Assembly (NCBI RefSeq): GCF_000143415.4
Contig: NW_003314348.1
Coordinates: 435,126-499,125 of the forward strand
Direction: 5' to 3'
Length of the DNA: 64,000 nt
Source: Selaginella moellendorffii
Lineage: Eukaryota > Plantae > Lycopodiophyta
The notes beneath the pieces were generated by a model. That model did no database searches, was not told where the DNA came from, and worked only from the letters and a program-made list of their open reading frames with translations. Every line of letters starts with the position of its first letter. The stretch's first letter is position 1. Shown piece by piece: positions 1 through 11,659 of this stretch. The position numbers and the translations under genes were made by a program.

Positions 1-1239
1 CACCGCCCCTGCTGCTTGTTCGGTCATGTCCACTTTGCCAACGGAGGCACCAGCTGAAATGGCGTGTGATCACACGCCATCAAAACCACCCCATGCCACT
101 GTTGAGCCAGTTGTACCAGAGTCTACAGCTGAAATGGCATGTGCCCACACGCCATCGGATGCGATTGACCCCACATTGCAGAGGAGAGTATTTCCGCCCT
201 TCACGTTTCCTCGACCAAAACCCTCTCAACGACCATCGAGAGCACCATTCGCTAATATTGTAGATGGTAAAATTGACTTGTACCATTTTTTATGCTGACG
301 CATTTTATTTCAGAGTCACGGCGAAGGTACTGTATCGTTTTTGATCTGAACGGTGTCCTTTTCTCCCATGAGCGTGGCTCGTCCTCGAATGTCATTGCAC
401 CCTCCAAAGCCTGCGGTCGCAAGTTGGTCAAAAGAGACAGATTCACATTAATCACACGGGAGAAACTGCGGGATCTAATAATGACCATGCGACACTTAAA
501 ACAGAGGGCCGGGTTCAATTTGCAATTGGGAGTTTGGACATCCATGATGCGCCACAATGCATTAACGTTGCTACAGATGATGCACGATCAGACGCGAGTA
601 ATATTACCATTTGACTTTCTCCTAACGCAGGAGGATTGCTTGACTATGGTCCATGTGAGGGGTAGCAAGCCCATCTTCGTCAAGCCAGAGGCTGTAGTGA
701 TGAACCGGACTGCTAGCTCAAGTGAAATCCTCATCATCGATGACTCGCCGATTAAAACTGCAGCGAACACGCACACATATGCAGTGCACCCCATCTCTTG
801 CAGTATGGAAACTAGGGAGAAGAAACCGTATGTTCTGGGGGACCTTGCAAAACGGCTTGGAGCGATGGTGATAGAGAACCGGCCAGTCCAGGAGGTGGCT
901 GCAGAAATCAACCAAATGGCAGATGGAACGGTATATCAGAAGCCATTTGATCGGACAAACACCAGTCATCATTTATGGCATGTATATTGTCTAGCCAAGC
1001 ACTATCCGCATCTCCATAATCTGCTCAACCGGATGGGTTCTTCGACCACTGAACATGAGCGTGGACGTATTAGAGAAGAGATGGCATTACTATTGGGTTT
1101 AAATCCTGATAGTGTGGAGAGTGATGAAATTCCAAGATTATTGTATAGGCGTTGGAGGCAAAAAATAACAGTCTGAGATGGCATGTATTTATTTAAAAAT
1201 GTAACTTATTATGGCATGGTGTTCCATGCAATTGTATTA
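1..1239. repeat. Inverted duplicate of 31520-32758
   Basis: Position x pairs with 32759-x at both ends and at internal landmarks, so there is no net indel. The two 294-aa ORFs differ at 12 residues. Confidence 0.97.
26..1176 (+). CDS. 3' part of a spliced gene ending in an FCP1/NIF-like HAD phosphatase domain (intron 267-313; gene enters from upstream of the window)
   Basis: ORF 292-1176 has IVFDLNGVLF (HAD motif I, DxN variant), LGVWTS, QEDC, KPIFVK and ILIIDDSPIK..N, matching the plant DLNG-type FCP1-homology family. Removing GTAAAA..GCTGAC..TTTCAG (267-313, 47 nt) joins ORF 26-298 in frame. Confidence 0.8.
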
Positions 1240-1671
1240 ATATTAAAAGACAATTCTTTGAGAGGATTTGCATTATACTAGAAGTGTTACAGCATGTTAT
1301 TGGAAGTCTACGAAGTTGTTTTATTAATAATGGGAAAGTAAAGATTGAATGGGGACTTGGGCTCCACCTAGACTCGGAGCAACTGAGCCAATATTAAAAG
1401 GATGGAAAGAAATTGGACGACGATGACAAGGAGAAGAGAGAGGTGAAGCAGTGGCAGGGGGAGGAGAAGTGATTGAGTAGACATTTCCTTGTTTAAAATA
1501 AAATGGCATGTGCCTCAATGCAGTTGAATTTTGTTATATTTATATACTATATAAAGGTTTGGAAACCTTATTTTACAAGTGGGATAATGACAATTCCCAC
1601 TTTAACGAAATAGAGCTTCTTACAAATTTCTTCCATTTAATAAAGAGCCCCTTAAACAAACATACCATAAA

Positions 1672-2594
1672 TGTTGCAAATGTGACTTTGGGTATTGAAA
1701 AATATTTGTCGGTGAGTCCTTACAATACTCTTTCCTTACTGCCATGACAGCAAGATATTGGTACTGCTAGTTCCCATCATCAACCCCTCTTGTTTAAGTG
1801 TTAATAAATTGGATTTAACATTTGTACTTAGCCAAATAAACATAAGGTACGAACTTCTATGTGTTTCTAGCTGAGCATTCTCGGTCTAGCTTTTAATTCT
1901 TTTTTGCTCTGTCTTGCACTGGTTTGGCAAGAACCCTCACATATTGAGTCTAGTCCTTGAATATCATTATATGATAACTTACCGTATCTACCAAACACCC
2001 TCGCTATCATGCCTTTTGTGTTAGTCTCGTTTCGGTCACAAATGCTATTTATGGAAAGTGTCTAAATTTGCTCATTTGGCATATTTACAGAATGTAGAGA
2101 TTGTCCTGAACACAATGGTGTTTGTCCCATATTCAAATTCACAATCTAGAAAGATTCCAAATTTAATAAGTTTTGAGCTTGTCCCACATACTAACTCTTG
2201 GTATTGAAGGAGGCTTGGGGTGAAAGCTCAAAACATGTGTTCCTCATTCCTCAACGGGGGGGGGGGGGGGGGGGGTTCCAAATGTATAGTAGGGATAGTG
2301 GTTGGAATGCACATCCAACCATTTAAAACATTAGTTTGGCTTTTGCTAGGTTGTGTTGATCTTTGTTTTGCTTCTGGCTTGGGTCTAAGCCTAAGCTCCA
2401 TACTGCTCTATTCAATGGGGTACCCTCTTCCTCACATTAGGCCACTGGTATTCCAAAATAGTGCCAGAGATCATCTAACACCATTTTGCGTGTAGGTGTT
2501 AGATATGGAGAGCTAGTACTCATGAGATTGTACTGGACCCTCATTTTGTAGTGCAACAGGCTTGGAGTTTGACTCCAAATTCAAGTGCGCTATA
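1672..2594 (+). mobile_element. Solo LTR, family B variant
   Basis: TG...TA (CA mutated) termini flanked by ATAAA TSD. Homologous to 62172-63294 and to the reverse complement of 45642-46750, including the G-tract and GGGTGAAAGC motif. Confidence 0.85.
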
Positions 2595-2749
2595 ATAAAA
2601 TTGAGAAAACAGAATAACACCAAGTCATCCACTTTATACTCCATAGATGGATGATGATAAAAGTTGTAACACCATTGTTATCCCATTTATATGCAGCCCA
2701 AGTATTTGGCAAACTTGGTTGGATTAGTGGAAGAATGCTTGTCAAATAC

Positions 2750-3368
2750 TAATCTTAAAACCTAGCATAGGCAGCTCATAGCAATCATGAAGGTAAACTC
2801 AACTCTATTGACAATATTGGAATGACGTACTCTTTACCAATATTTGACTATAGAGAAAGCTTTATTAGATTAAATGCCACTAACTCAAACAAATAGAAAA
2901 TTGTAATTGACTCTAACTGTCTTTCCATAATATGAACGGGAATATTACAAGCTTGGCACTAAACGCAACTACACATATACTAAATAATATCATATCACAT
3001 CTCTGGGCTACAGAAAAATTTATGTAGCTTCTCAATCACCTTCTATTAATGTTCGAGAACCATGTAGATATACATAAAGTTTCTCAAGTTGCTACTAAAC
3101 ACCTCTTTTATGAAGTAATTCACTTTTATTAGTTGTAACATATAATTGATATATGTAATAGGATGGTGTTGACCAGGCATACTTGGGCTCTATTGCATCA
3201 ACACACCTCCAAGACCAATACTAAAAGTATCTATACCCAAAATAAAAAGTTGAGTATAGTTAGGATATGTCAAAATTGGAGGAGTTGTCAATAACTCTTT
3301 GAGATCTATAAATGCCTGCTCATAATCTATAGACAAAATAAAAGACAATATTGACAACTTCAACAATG
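2750..3368 (-). pseudogene. Decayed Ty3/gypsy RT-RNase H fragment
   Basis: Translation EQAFIDLKELLTTPPILTYPNYTQLFILGIDTFSIGLGGVLMQ (3190-3330) is the gypsy RT/RNase H connection. Left boundary approximate. Confidence 0.7.
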
Positions 3369-4363
3369 TGTAAGCAACTAAATTTTCCATTCTACTTTAG
3401 TCACTTAACCACACCTCTGACCACTTGGAGGAGTCTCATTCACAACCTCCATAAGTCCAATCCAGGACTTGGGACTTGCTAGCCCCGAGAATGGCATCCA
3501 TGCCACTCAACATTTGCACTTGGTCCAAGTGCTCCACGTGTCCGATCCTATGACCGACACTCAAAGGTACCACCGACATGCCCGCCCGTTATGCTAAGGC
3601 CATGCCCAATCACCTTTGCCACACTGGTAGTCCATTACCACTTGCATCACAGTCTTGGCTCTCCAAGACTAGGCAAACCATCCGTGAGTGGTCATCTAAG
3701 ATCCACTCCTTAGCACCCTTAGGATGCCCACCGACAAGGGGAATAGCCTTCCCCAATATCCCTCTGTCAGTCCCCACTAAGTCCCTTTCTGCCCCTGGCC
3801 GTGTTTGCCAACACTGCCACTGGATCGAGACCCACAAGCCCGACCACTAAGTCCCACAGTCCTCTGGGACTTCCTCACCACACGACTGTGTCCTTGGTCA
3901 CTACCCCAGAGGACTGCTCCTCTTCCTTTACACAGTCTAGGCCTTTGGGACAACATTTCGGAACACCATGGCCTTACGCGAGCCATCTGGGTACTCTCCC
4001 CGCCTTTCGCCTTTAGGTGCTCTAGCCATGGGCTTAGAGCGAGGTTCCGTTGAGCCACGCCTGGTATCCAAGTAGGTAGTGCCACCCACACTTGGACTGG
4101 GAGCATCGGCCAGTCGATCTCCCGGGGGAACTAGAGCCGGCTCTTGAACACTTCACCAAGCTACCCCGCTTGTCGGTCCGTATTCACTCTAGTCTTGGAC
4201 TTCCCAGTGGTCAGTTCATCACCCAACACTGGGTCTGGCCTTCCTGGGCCAAACTGGCCTTTCCTGGCCAAATTGGCTCCACTGCAGTCCTCCCCCTACT
4301 ATACTTTTGGAGCTCACCAAACCCCCCAGGGTCTGGGAGACGAACGCTTTGGGCTTTCACCCT

Positions 4364-4885
4364 CTCAGACTTGGACTCGGACTCGGACTCGGACTCGAAC
4401 TCGGACTCAGACTCGGACTCGGACTCGGTCTCGGGCTCAGCCTCGGTCTCGGTCTCGGTCCCAATCTCGGTCTCGGTCTCGGTCTCGGTCTCGACTTCGG
4501 ACTCCATCTCGGGTCCATCTCGGACTCCATCTCAGACTCCATCTTGGACTCCATCTCGGGTCCATCTCGGACTCCATCTCGGGTCCATCTCGGACTCCAT
4601 TTCGAGTCCATCTCGAACTCCATCTCGGGTCCATCTCGGACTCCATCTCGGACTCCATTTCGGGTCCATCTCGGGTCCACCTCGGACTCCAACTCGGGTC
4701 CATCTCAGACTCCACTTCGGACTCCAACTCGAGTCCATCTCGGACTCCACTTCGGACTCCAACTCGGGTCCATCTCGGACTCCACTTCGGACTCCAACTT
4801 AGGTCCATCTCGGACTCCACTTCGGACTCCAACTCGGGTCCATCTCAGACTCCACTTCGGACTCCAACTCGAGTCCATCTCGGAC
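4364..4885. repeat. LTR-internal minisatellite (GACTCG/GTCTCG hexamers, 11-12-mers TCGGACTCCATC/TCGGGTCCATC, 35-bp higher-order unit)
   Basis: Directly visible. Present in all seven young family-A LTRs with different copy numbers; source of the SDSD/LGLG/RSRS ORFs. Confidence 0.95.
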
Positions 4886-7800
4886 ACTTCCACGTGTCAT
4901 GTGTTGGTCCTTTTTGGGTCCCTTTTTGGAGCCTCGCTTTTTGCTCGCTTCGTGCTCATTCCTCGAGCACTTCTTTGGGAGTTCCACTCCCACTCTTGAC
5001 TTTTCAAGTCGGAGCTTTTGGTCCAAACGTGTTACGCTCGTTTGGCTTTCGCTTCGGCCACTACCACATGGCACCCTTCCGGCTCCACTTTGGGGCCTAG
5101 GGATTTTGTGTCTCACAACTCCACCACCCATAGACGAAGTTCGATGTCCTCATCGAACGGTAAACCATTTTGTAAAGTAACACTCGCATGTGTTACCATT
5201 TCCATCCTTGGCACCTAGCCAATATTTGTCAATGGTTTGACATTGAAGGCTCACCATGCCTTTTGCATATGCCTCAATGGTTTGACACCAAAGGCTCACC
5301 ATGCCTTGCCTATCCTCTAAGGAGGGTAGTCTCTCCAACTTAGAGATTGATTGGACCACATGTAGTGGTTCTCTCCTTTTATTGGTTTAGTTCTTGCTAA
5401 ACCTCTTAGAGACCCTTCTCTAAGTCAATCCCACTACTCCTTCTTGAGTAGTCTCAATTTCCATCTATTGAATGTTTGCACCTTGGAACTTTTACTCTTT
5501 TGACTTTTGGAAGTCAATTTCCTAGGTGTCTCCAACACCTTGCATTGCACAGATTGTGCAACTCCACTTCCCTATCCTAGGAAGTTCATTACTTGAGGGC
5601 ACCATCATCCTCTCTTCTATTTCGTGCCACCTTGGGCACTAAGTTCCATTTATCACACTTTGTGCTAGGGTTGTCCATCGCCCTATCATTTGGCTACCTT
5701 ACCGCTCCCTCCCTTGGAGCTTCCACTTTCGCCAAATCGGAGCAATTTGGAATCCATCCTTGGAAACACACTTCCTTTCCCGCAATTTGTTAGCGTCCAA
5801 CACATCAATGTTCCTCGCCTAACTTTGTCACTTGGATTCCTTCCCAGGGATTCCACGGCCCTATCTTGGCCACTCATCTTTTGCTCCTATTCGTTGATTG
5901 TTGCACCAAGCAACTTCGAATCTCTACCTCCCTCCTTGAGGTATTCTTTTAATTCCATAGCAAAGGCTCTACTTTGCCAAGACTAGGGTGTTCACCCCTA
6001 GTAAGTCTCTTTTAGCATCTTCTGCTGTGGGCTCTATCCTCGGCCCAACTTTGTGACCCTTTCATAGGTCTCTTTAGAGACTACTTTCCTTGGACACACT
6101 ATGCCATCGCAATGACATAGCTCATTTCCCTAAGGTGCTTTTCCCACTTGGTCACCTTGACCAAGCCACACCATCATCAATAGTTCAAATCAACACTTTG
6201 AACTAGGAACCTTATTCCTTAACCTAAACAAGGACCTTGTCCTTATTTAGCCACAAGATCACTTAGTGATCTCACCTCGGCACCTTAACAGGTTTGCCAA
6301 TAGGTACTAGGTCTTCCAGACCTTTAACTTGTTAACTACGACCCCGGGGGCATCCCCCACACTTGGCGGTGCGCCCAAGCCAGCCCTTCCAGCCAAGGGT
6401 CCATAGCAACTGAGATTAGGTGTCCCCATCTCACTCACCACGTCTTTGGTGCCACTTGCACCAAAGCGTTCAAGTTAGATATGCTGAGATTTCACACTAA
6501 GCAATCTAACCGTGCATCACGACTCCGAGGCATCCCTCGCTTGGCGGTGTGCCCAAACCAGTCTCCCCACTGAGAGTCCATGACCACCGAAATATGAGTG
6601 TCCTCATATTCCAAACCATCACCACGCCCTAGTGATTTGGGACTCGAACCCAAGCACTAGAGGGTCAGGACTCGAACCCAACCTCCGTATATGCATCTAC
6701 GGACGGCATCACACAAGATGCCTGGCGTGACTCCCCACGCCGGTGCACCAACTTATTTTTAAAGCACGCTACAGATCACAGCTTAGGAACCTAGTTCCTC
6801 CACACTGCCAAGTCCTCTCACTTGACATGTCTGTGATCATGCATGGACTCCTCCATGCTTGGCCCCATGGCCCACCCTTTTTGAAGTTATCACCTTCAAC
6901 TAGGGTATTTGTTCCCCCGACGTGCCAATCTCGCTTGGCAAGTCCTCCGACCACGGTAACATGGTTCCTGCATAAGCGTGAAAGTCCTTGACCATCGACT
7001 TTCGTTCAAAGCCCTCTCTTTGAACACTCGGGAACTACTTCCCTAACCTTGATAGCCTTGCCTCATGGAAAGGTTCAAGACCACGCTTCTGCTGCACCAC
7101 TCTGATTTCGCGCGTTCCACGAACCATTTACACTTGGCCTTTCTAGGTACTAAGCTACCTAGAATCGTCTTTGGGAACCTTGAAGGAACTCTGTCCCTCA
7201 GCTTGCTAAGGCCTCCCTTTTTGCAAGCCTTCAAAATGCCACATAGTCTAACATGGACAATTCCATATTTTAGACTCTTCATGGCATCACGGTTGCTAGC
7301 GGCAACACCCTTGAGCCCCCACTTGATTCTCCACTCCCAGCTGGCATAACCAACCTTGGTTATGCCCTTTGATTCCTATGGTTCGGTTCTATCCCCTTAC
7401 TTCTTGCTTTTTGGCTTAACACCTTTCCTTTGGTCATTCTCCTCCAGACCAGGAGGATAGCTTTGCACTTTCTATCACGCTTTAGCAAATATTCTTAGGG
7501 ATGAACCTACCCAATAGCCTAGGGAGTGGTTCCTCAATCCAGGTATGCTCACCTTATAATCCCACACACTGGGATTACATTGTTGCTTATGGGCCTTTAC
7601 ATGCCCATCACTAGCCTTGCCAAAATTCCATTTTTGGCTTTGTCCAACTCAGGTAGACAGTCCTCTCCTGTCTCCGCAACCTTGGACATTTGGATAGCAC
7701 CTTCTATCCATCATTCGCTAGGGACTTAGTCCCTTGGGCTTTATCCATTGCCCTCGTGACATCAAACACCACCTTCTGGTGTTCTAGAGTGTCCGGGTGT

Positions 7801-9205
7801 CCCAATGATGGCTTTCTTGACAATGAGTATTTCCTTTTATGACATTGACTTACTATATCGCAACACAAGCAACTTATCCCCCGTAAGGGTATATCCAACT
7901 TCCTTATGCTATTAAGAAGTCTTGGGTAGCTACCTTCTACCCGTTTAACCAGTTATTTTGCACCTCTTGCTTAGTTGCCTCATAGTTGTCAAGTCCTACA
8001 ACTCATTGCTCGGTGTTTTCACACTTCCATCATTATCTGGGTCACCACACTCCAACTGCATGCTCTGCAGCTTAGGCTATGCCATTCCCATTTCCATTGG
8101 GATTCCTTTGGCAAGGGGTTCTCATGAACCCACCAACATAGCCTCAAGGTATCACACCTTGGCACATTTGGTGTCTCCACACCATCGGCTCCACGAGCCT
8201 ACCTCTATGACATTTCCCCTTCGTGTCTAAGTCTTTGCCAAGACCAACACCGCTCTTTCTCATGCCAACCATCCGATAGCACTGCCCCATAGAGGTCACA
8301 CACAACTTTATGTCAAAGTTATTTTCTTCTGGGAACACCTTTCCCATAACTTTAGCATGGCACATTTTGCTATCGATGAGATACTCTCTATTCTCATCCT
8401 TGGATCCTATGATCCCCCGCCATCCTTTGTGGGGTACAACACACCTCAGTCTAAATGCTTCCATCAGTCCTTTTAGGACCATCCCTTGACTCTACTTGAG
8501 TCATCCAGCAGTTTTGGACTTGGTTAATCCACAGACCCGTAAGGTCCTACTTGTGAGGCACTAGCTCACTGGAATACACTTCTTGCATTCCTGTCCTACT
8601 CAAAAGGACTATTTTCACAAGTGTTACTCCGACACTTGATTTTGTTCTCTGGGGGCAACTTTTGCCCCTTAGGACTACTTGTCCATGCGATGAGAATACC
8701 ACTCATCTCTAAGTACACCCCCCAACTCCTTGGGTTGTTCTAGCATTTATTAAAGGTAGCCCCGACTACCATTTCAAGGACTTGAGTCCTCTTCCGTATT
8801 TGACCTTCCACGGTCATTACTTTTGGTCTCACATTCATGAGCACCAACCTCAACTATATGAGGATAATCTTGTGACTCCTTTATTGTTTTGGAGTCTCTA
8901 TCTTTCCCGTGATCCCAACTTTAGTTGTTTACCACAACAACCTTAGCCAATTTGCCGAGACAAATGCTCATCCGGATCACATCCTCAACTCAATGAGGAA
9001 AACCTGTTCCCAAGATCCCAAAGTCGTTCCATTATTGGCCCTTTTCTATCCACCACCTCATCTACAAGTTCACACATGAACTGTAATGGAGAGCCATGTC
9101 TTCCCGACTTACTACTCCTCAAGGATAGGCCCACTCCTCGGACCTTCCGATGCCAACACTAGTGGTGATATACTTGAGCACCAATAAAAGTCGGACTAAG
9201 GAACA

Positions 9206-9217
9206 GCTCCGATACCA
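9206..9217 (-). promoter_or_regulatory. Primer-binding site (tRNA-iMet type, one mismatch)
   Basis: TGGTATCGGAGC, 3 nt from the LTR; canonical is TGGTATCAGAGC. Confidence 0.9.
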
Positions 9218-10833
9218 AATTGTAAGCAACTAAATTTTCCATTCTACTTTAGTCACTTAACCACACTTCTGACCACTTGGAGGAGTCTCATTCACAACCT
9301 CCATAAGTCCAATCCAGGACTTGGGACTTGCTAGCCCTGAGAATGGCATCCATGCCACTCAACATTTGCACTTGGTCCAAGTGCTCCACGTGTCCGATCC
9401 TATGACCGACACTCAAAGGTACCACTGACATGCCCGCCCGTTATGCTAAGGCCATGCCCAATCACCTTTGCCACACTGGTAGTCCATTACCACTTGCATC
9501 ACAATCTTGGCTCTCCAAGACTAGGCAAACCATCCGTGAGTGGTCATCTGAGATCCACTCCTTAGCACCCTTAGGATGCCCACCGACAAGGGGAATAGCC
9601 TTCCCCAATATCCCTCTGTCAGTCCCCACTAAGTCCCTTTCTGCCCCTGGCCGTGTTTGCCAACACTGCCACTGGATCGAGACCCACAAGCCCGACCACT
9701 AAGTCCCACGGTCCTCTGGGACTTCCTCACCACACGACTGTGTCCTTGGTCACTACCCCAGAGGACTGCTCCTCTTCCTTTACACAGTCTAGGCCTTTGG
9801 GACAACATTTTGGAACACCGTGGCCTTACGCGAGCCATCTGGGTACTCTCCCCGCCTTTTGCCTTTAGGTGCTCTAGCCATGGGCTTAGAGCGAGGTTCC
9901 GTTGAGCCACGCCTGGTATCCAAGTAGGTAGTGCCACCCACACTTGGACTGGGAGCATCGGCCAGTCGATCTCCCGGGGGAACTAGAGCCGGCTCTTGAA
10001 CACTTCACCAAGCTACCCCGCTTGTCGGTCCGTATTCACTCTAGTCTTGGACTTCCCAGTGGTCAGTTCATCACCCAACACTGGGTCTGGCCTTCCTGGG
10101 CCAAACTGGCCTTTCCTGGCCAAACTGGCTCCACTGCAGTCCTCCCCCTACTATACTTTTGGAGCTCACCAAACCCCCAGGGTCTGGGAGACGAACGCTT
10201 TGGGCTTTCACCCTCTCAGACTCGGACTCGGACTCGGACTCGGGCTCGAACTCGGACTCAGACTCGGACTCGGACTCGGTCTCGGGCTCAGCCTCGGTCT
10301 CGGTCTCGGTCCCAATCTCGGTCTCGGTCTCGGTCTCGGTCTCGACTTCGGACTCCATCTCGGGTCCATCTCGGACTCCATCTCAGACTCCATCTTGGAC
10401 TCCATCTCGGGTCCATCTCGGACTCCATCTCGGGTCCATCTCGGACTCCATTTCGAGTCCATCTCGAACTCCATCTCGGGTCCATCTCGGACTCCATCTC
10501 GGACTCCATTTCGGGTCCATCTCGGGTCCACCTCGGACTCCAACTCGGGTCCATCTCAGACTCCACTTCGGACTCCAACTCGAGTCCATCTCGGACACTT
10601 CCACGTGTCATGTGTTGGTCCTTTTTGGGTCCCTTTTTGGAGCCTCGCTTTTTGCTCGCTTCGTGCTCGTTCCTCGAGCACTTCTTTGGGAGTTCCACTC
10701 CCGCTCTTGACTTTTCAAGTCGGAGCTTTTGGTCCAAACGTGTTACGCTCGTTTGGCTTTCGCTTCGGCCACTACCACATGGCACCCTTCCGGCTCCACT
10801 TTGGGGCCTAGGGATTTTGTGTCTCACACAATG

Positions 10834-11230
10834 CTCGCAACGATGTAGTATTATCAGAAAGATGATCAATAAAAAGTCTAAGATATTACACCTTGCATAA
10901 GAAGTGCTACACATCATTCACACACTTTAGAGTAGGAAACTAAGAACAATTGCAAGTTTATCAGGATCAATTTGCAAACTTTCACAAGAACTATGGTACC
11001 CTAGATAAGTCATGTTTTTAAACTCAAATACGCACTGGAAAAAAGTAAAAGGAATGGAAAAAATATAACAAAGTATGAGACAAAAGGGAAAAGTTTCAAA
11101 GTCATACTTGGCATGATTGCATCGCAACCAATCCATACTAAAGATAAAGTCAAAATCTTGACTCAACAGTACCCCCAACGATTGTAGCTCAAGCTTGAGA
11201 TCACCTATACACACAATTAGGTCCACCTCA
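10834..11230 (-). pseudogene. Decayed Ty3/gypsy pol remnant (protease/RT scraps)
   Basis: DFDFIFSMDWLRCNHAKYDF (protease end) and CVFEFKNMTYLGYH...LQIDPDKL (RT end) in ORF 10927-11226. Confidence 0.6.
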
Positions 11231-11659
11231 TTTTATGTGTACAGCTATTACTATAAAGAATGAAAATTAGTTCTGTTGTATAATGCAAAGACAGATGCTA
11301 ATAATTAGTAACAAGCCAAACAATAAAAGATAAATTCAAGCCTATATATCAACCAACATAGAGAGAATAATAGAAAACCTTTTGTCATAAAAACAAGCTT
11401 AAAAAGTACACACTAAATGAGAGTGTTGATGCTCCTGAAAGAAAGATGGAAGGGTCATCAACTTATCCATTACTTGTGTGACTCCTTATTTCCCAGAAGC
11501 AACTTAGTATCCAGACCTTCCATTGGAGCAACACAAATAGGATATTGTTAACACCAAAGTCTTCACTAAAGAAATAAAGGTCATTAATATAGAAAATGTT
11601 AACAATGCCGATAAGTGTGACCAACTTTATCACACACTTAACAGCAAACATCTCATATT

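Larger units (their letters stand above)
3369..10828 (-). mobile_element. Non-autonomous LTR retrotransposon, family A copy 1 (LARD-like)
   Basis: LTRs 3369-5117 and 9221-10828 (TG..CA), TSD CAATG on both sides, minus-strand PBS TGGTATCGGAGC (9206-9217), PPT-like GGGTGGTGGAG next to 5117. The 4.1-kb interior has no gag/pol ORF. Confidence 0.95.

Noticed and set aside
4092-5131. Long SDSD/LGLG/RSRS ORFs (also at ~10000, 25000, 31000, 37000, 52000, 58000) resembling SR or Sdr proteins
   Set aside because: They arise in all six frames from the stop-poor LTR minisatellite and shift frame between copies.
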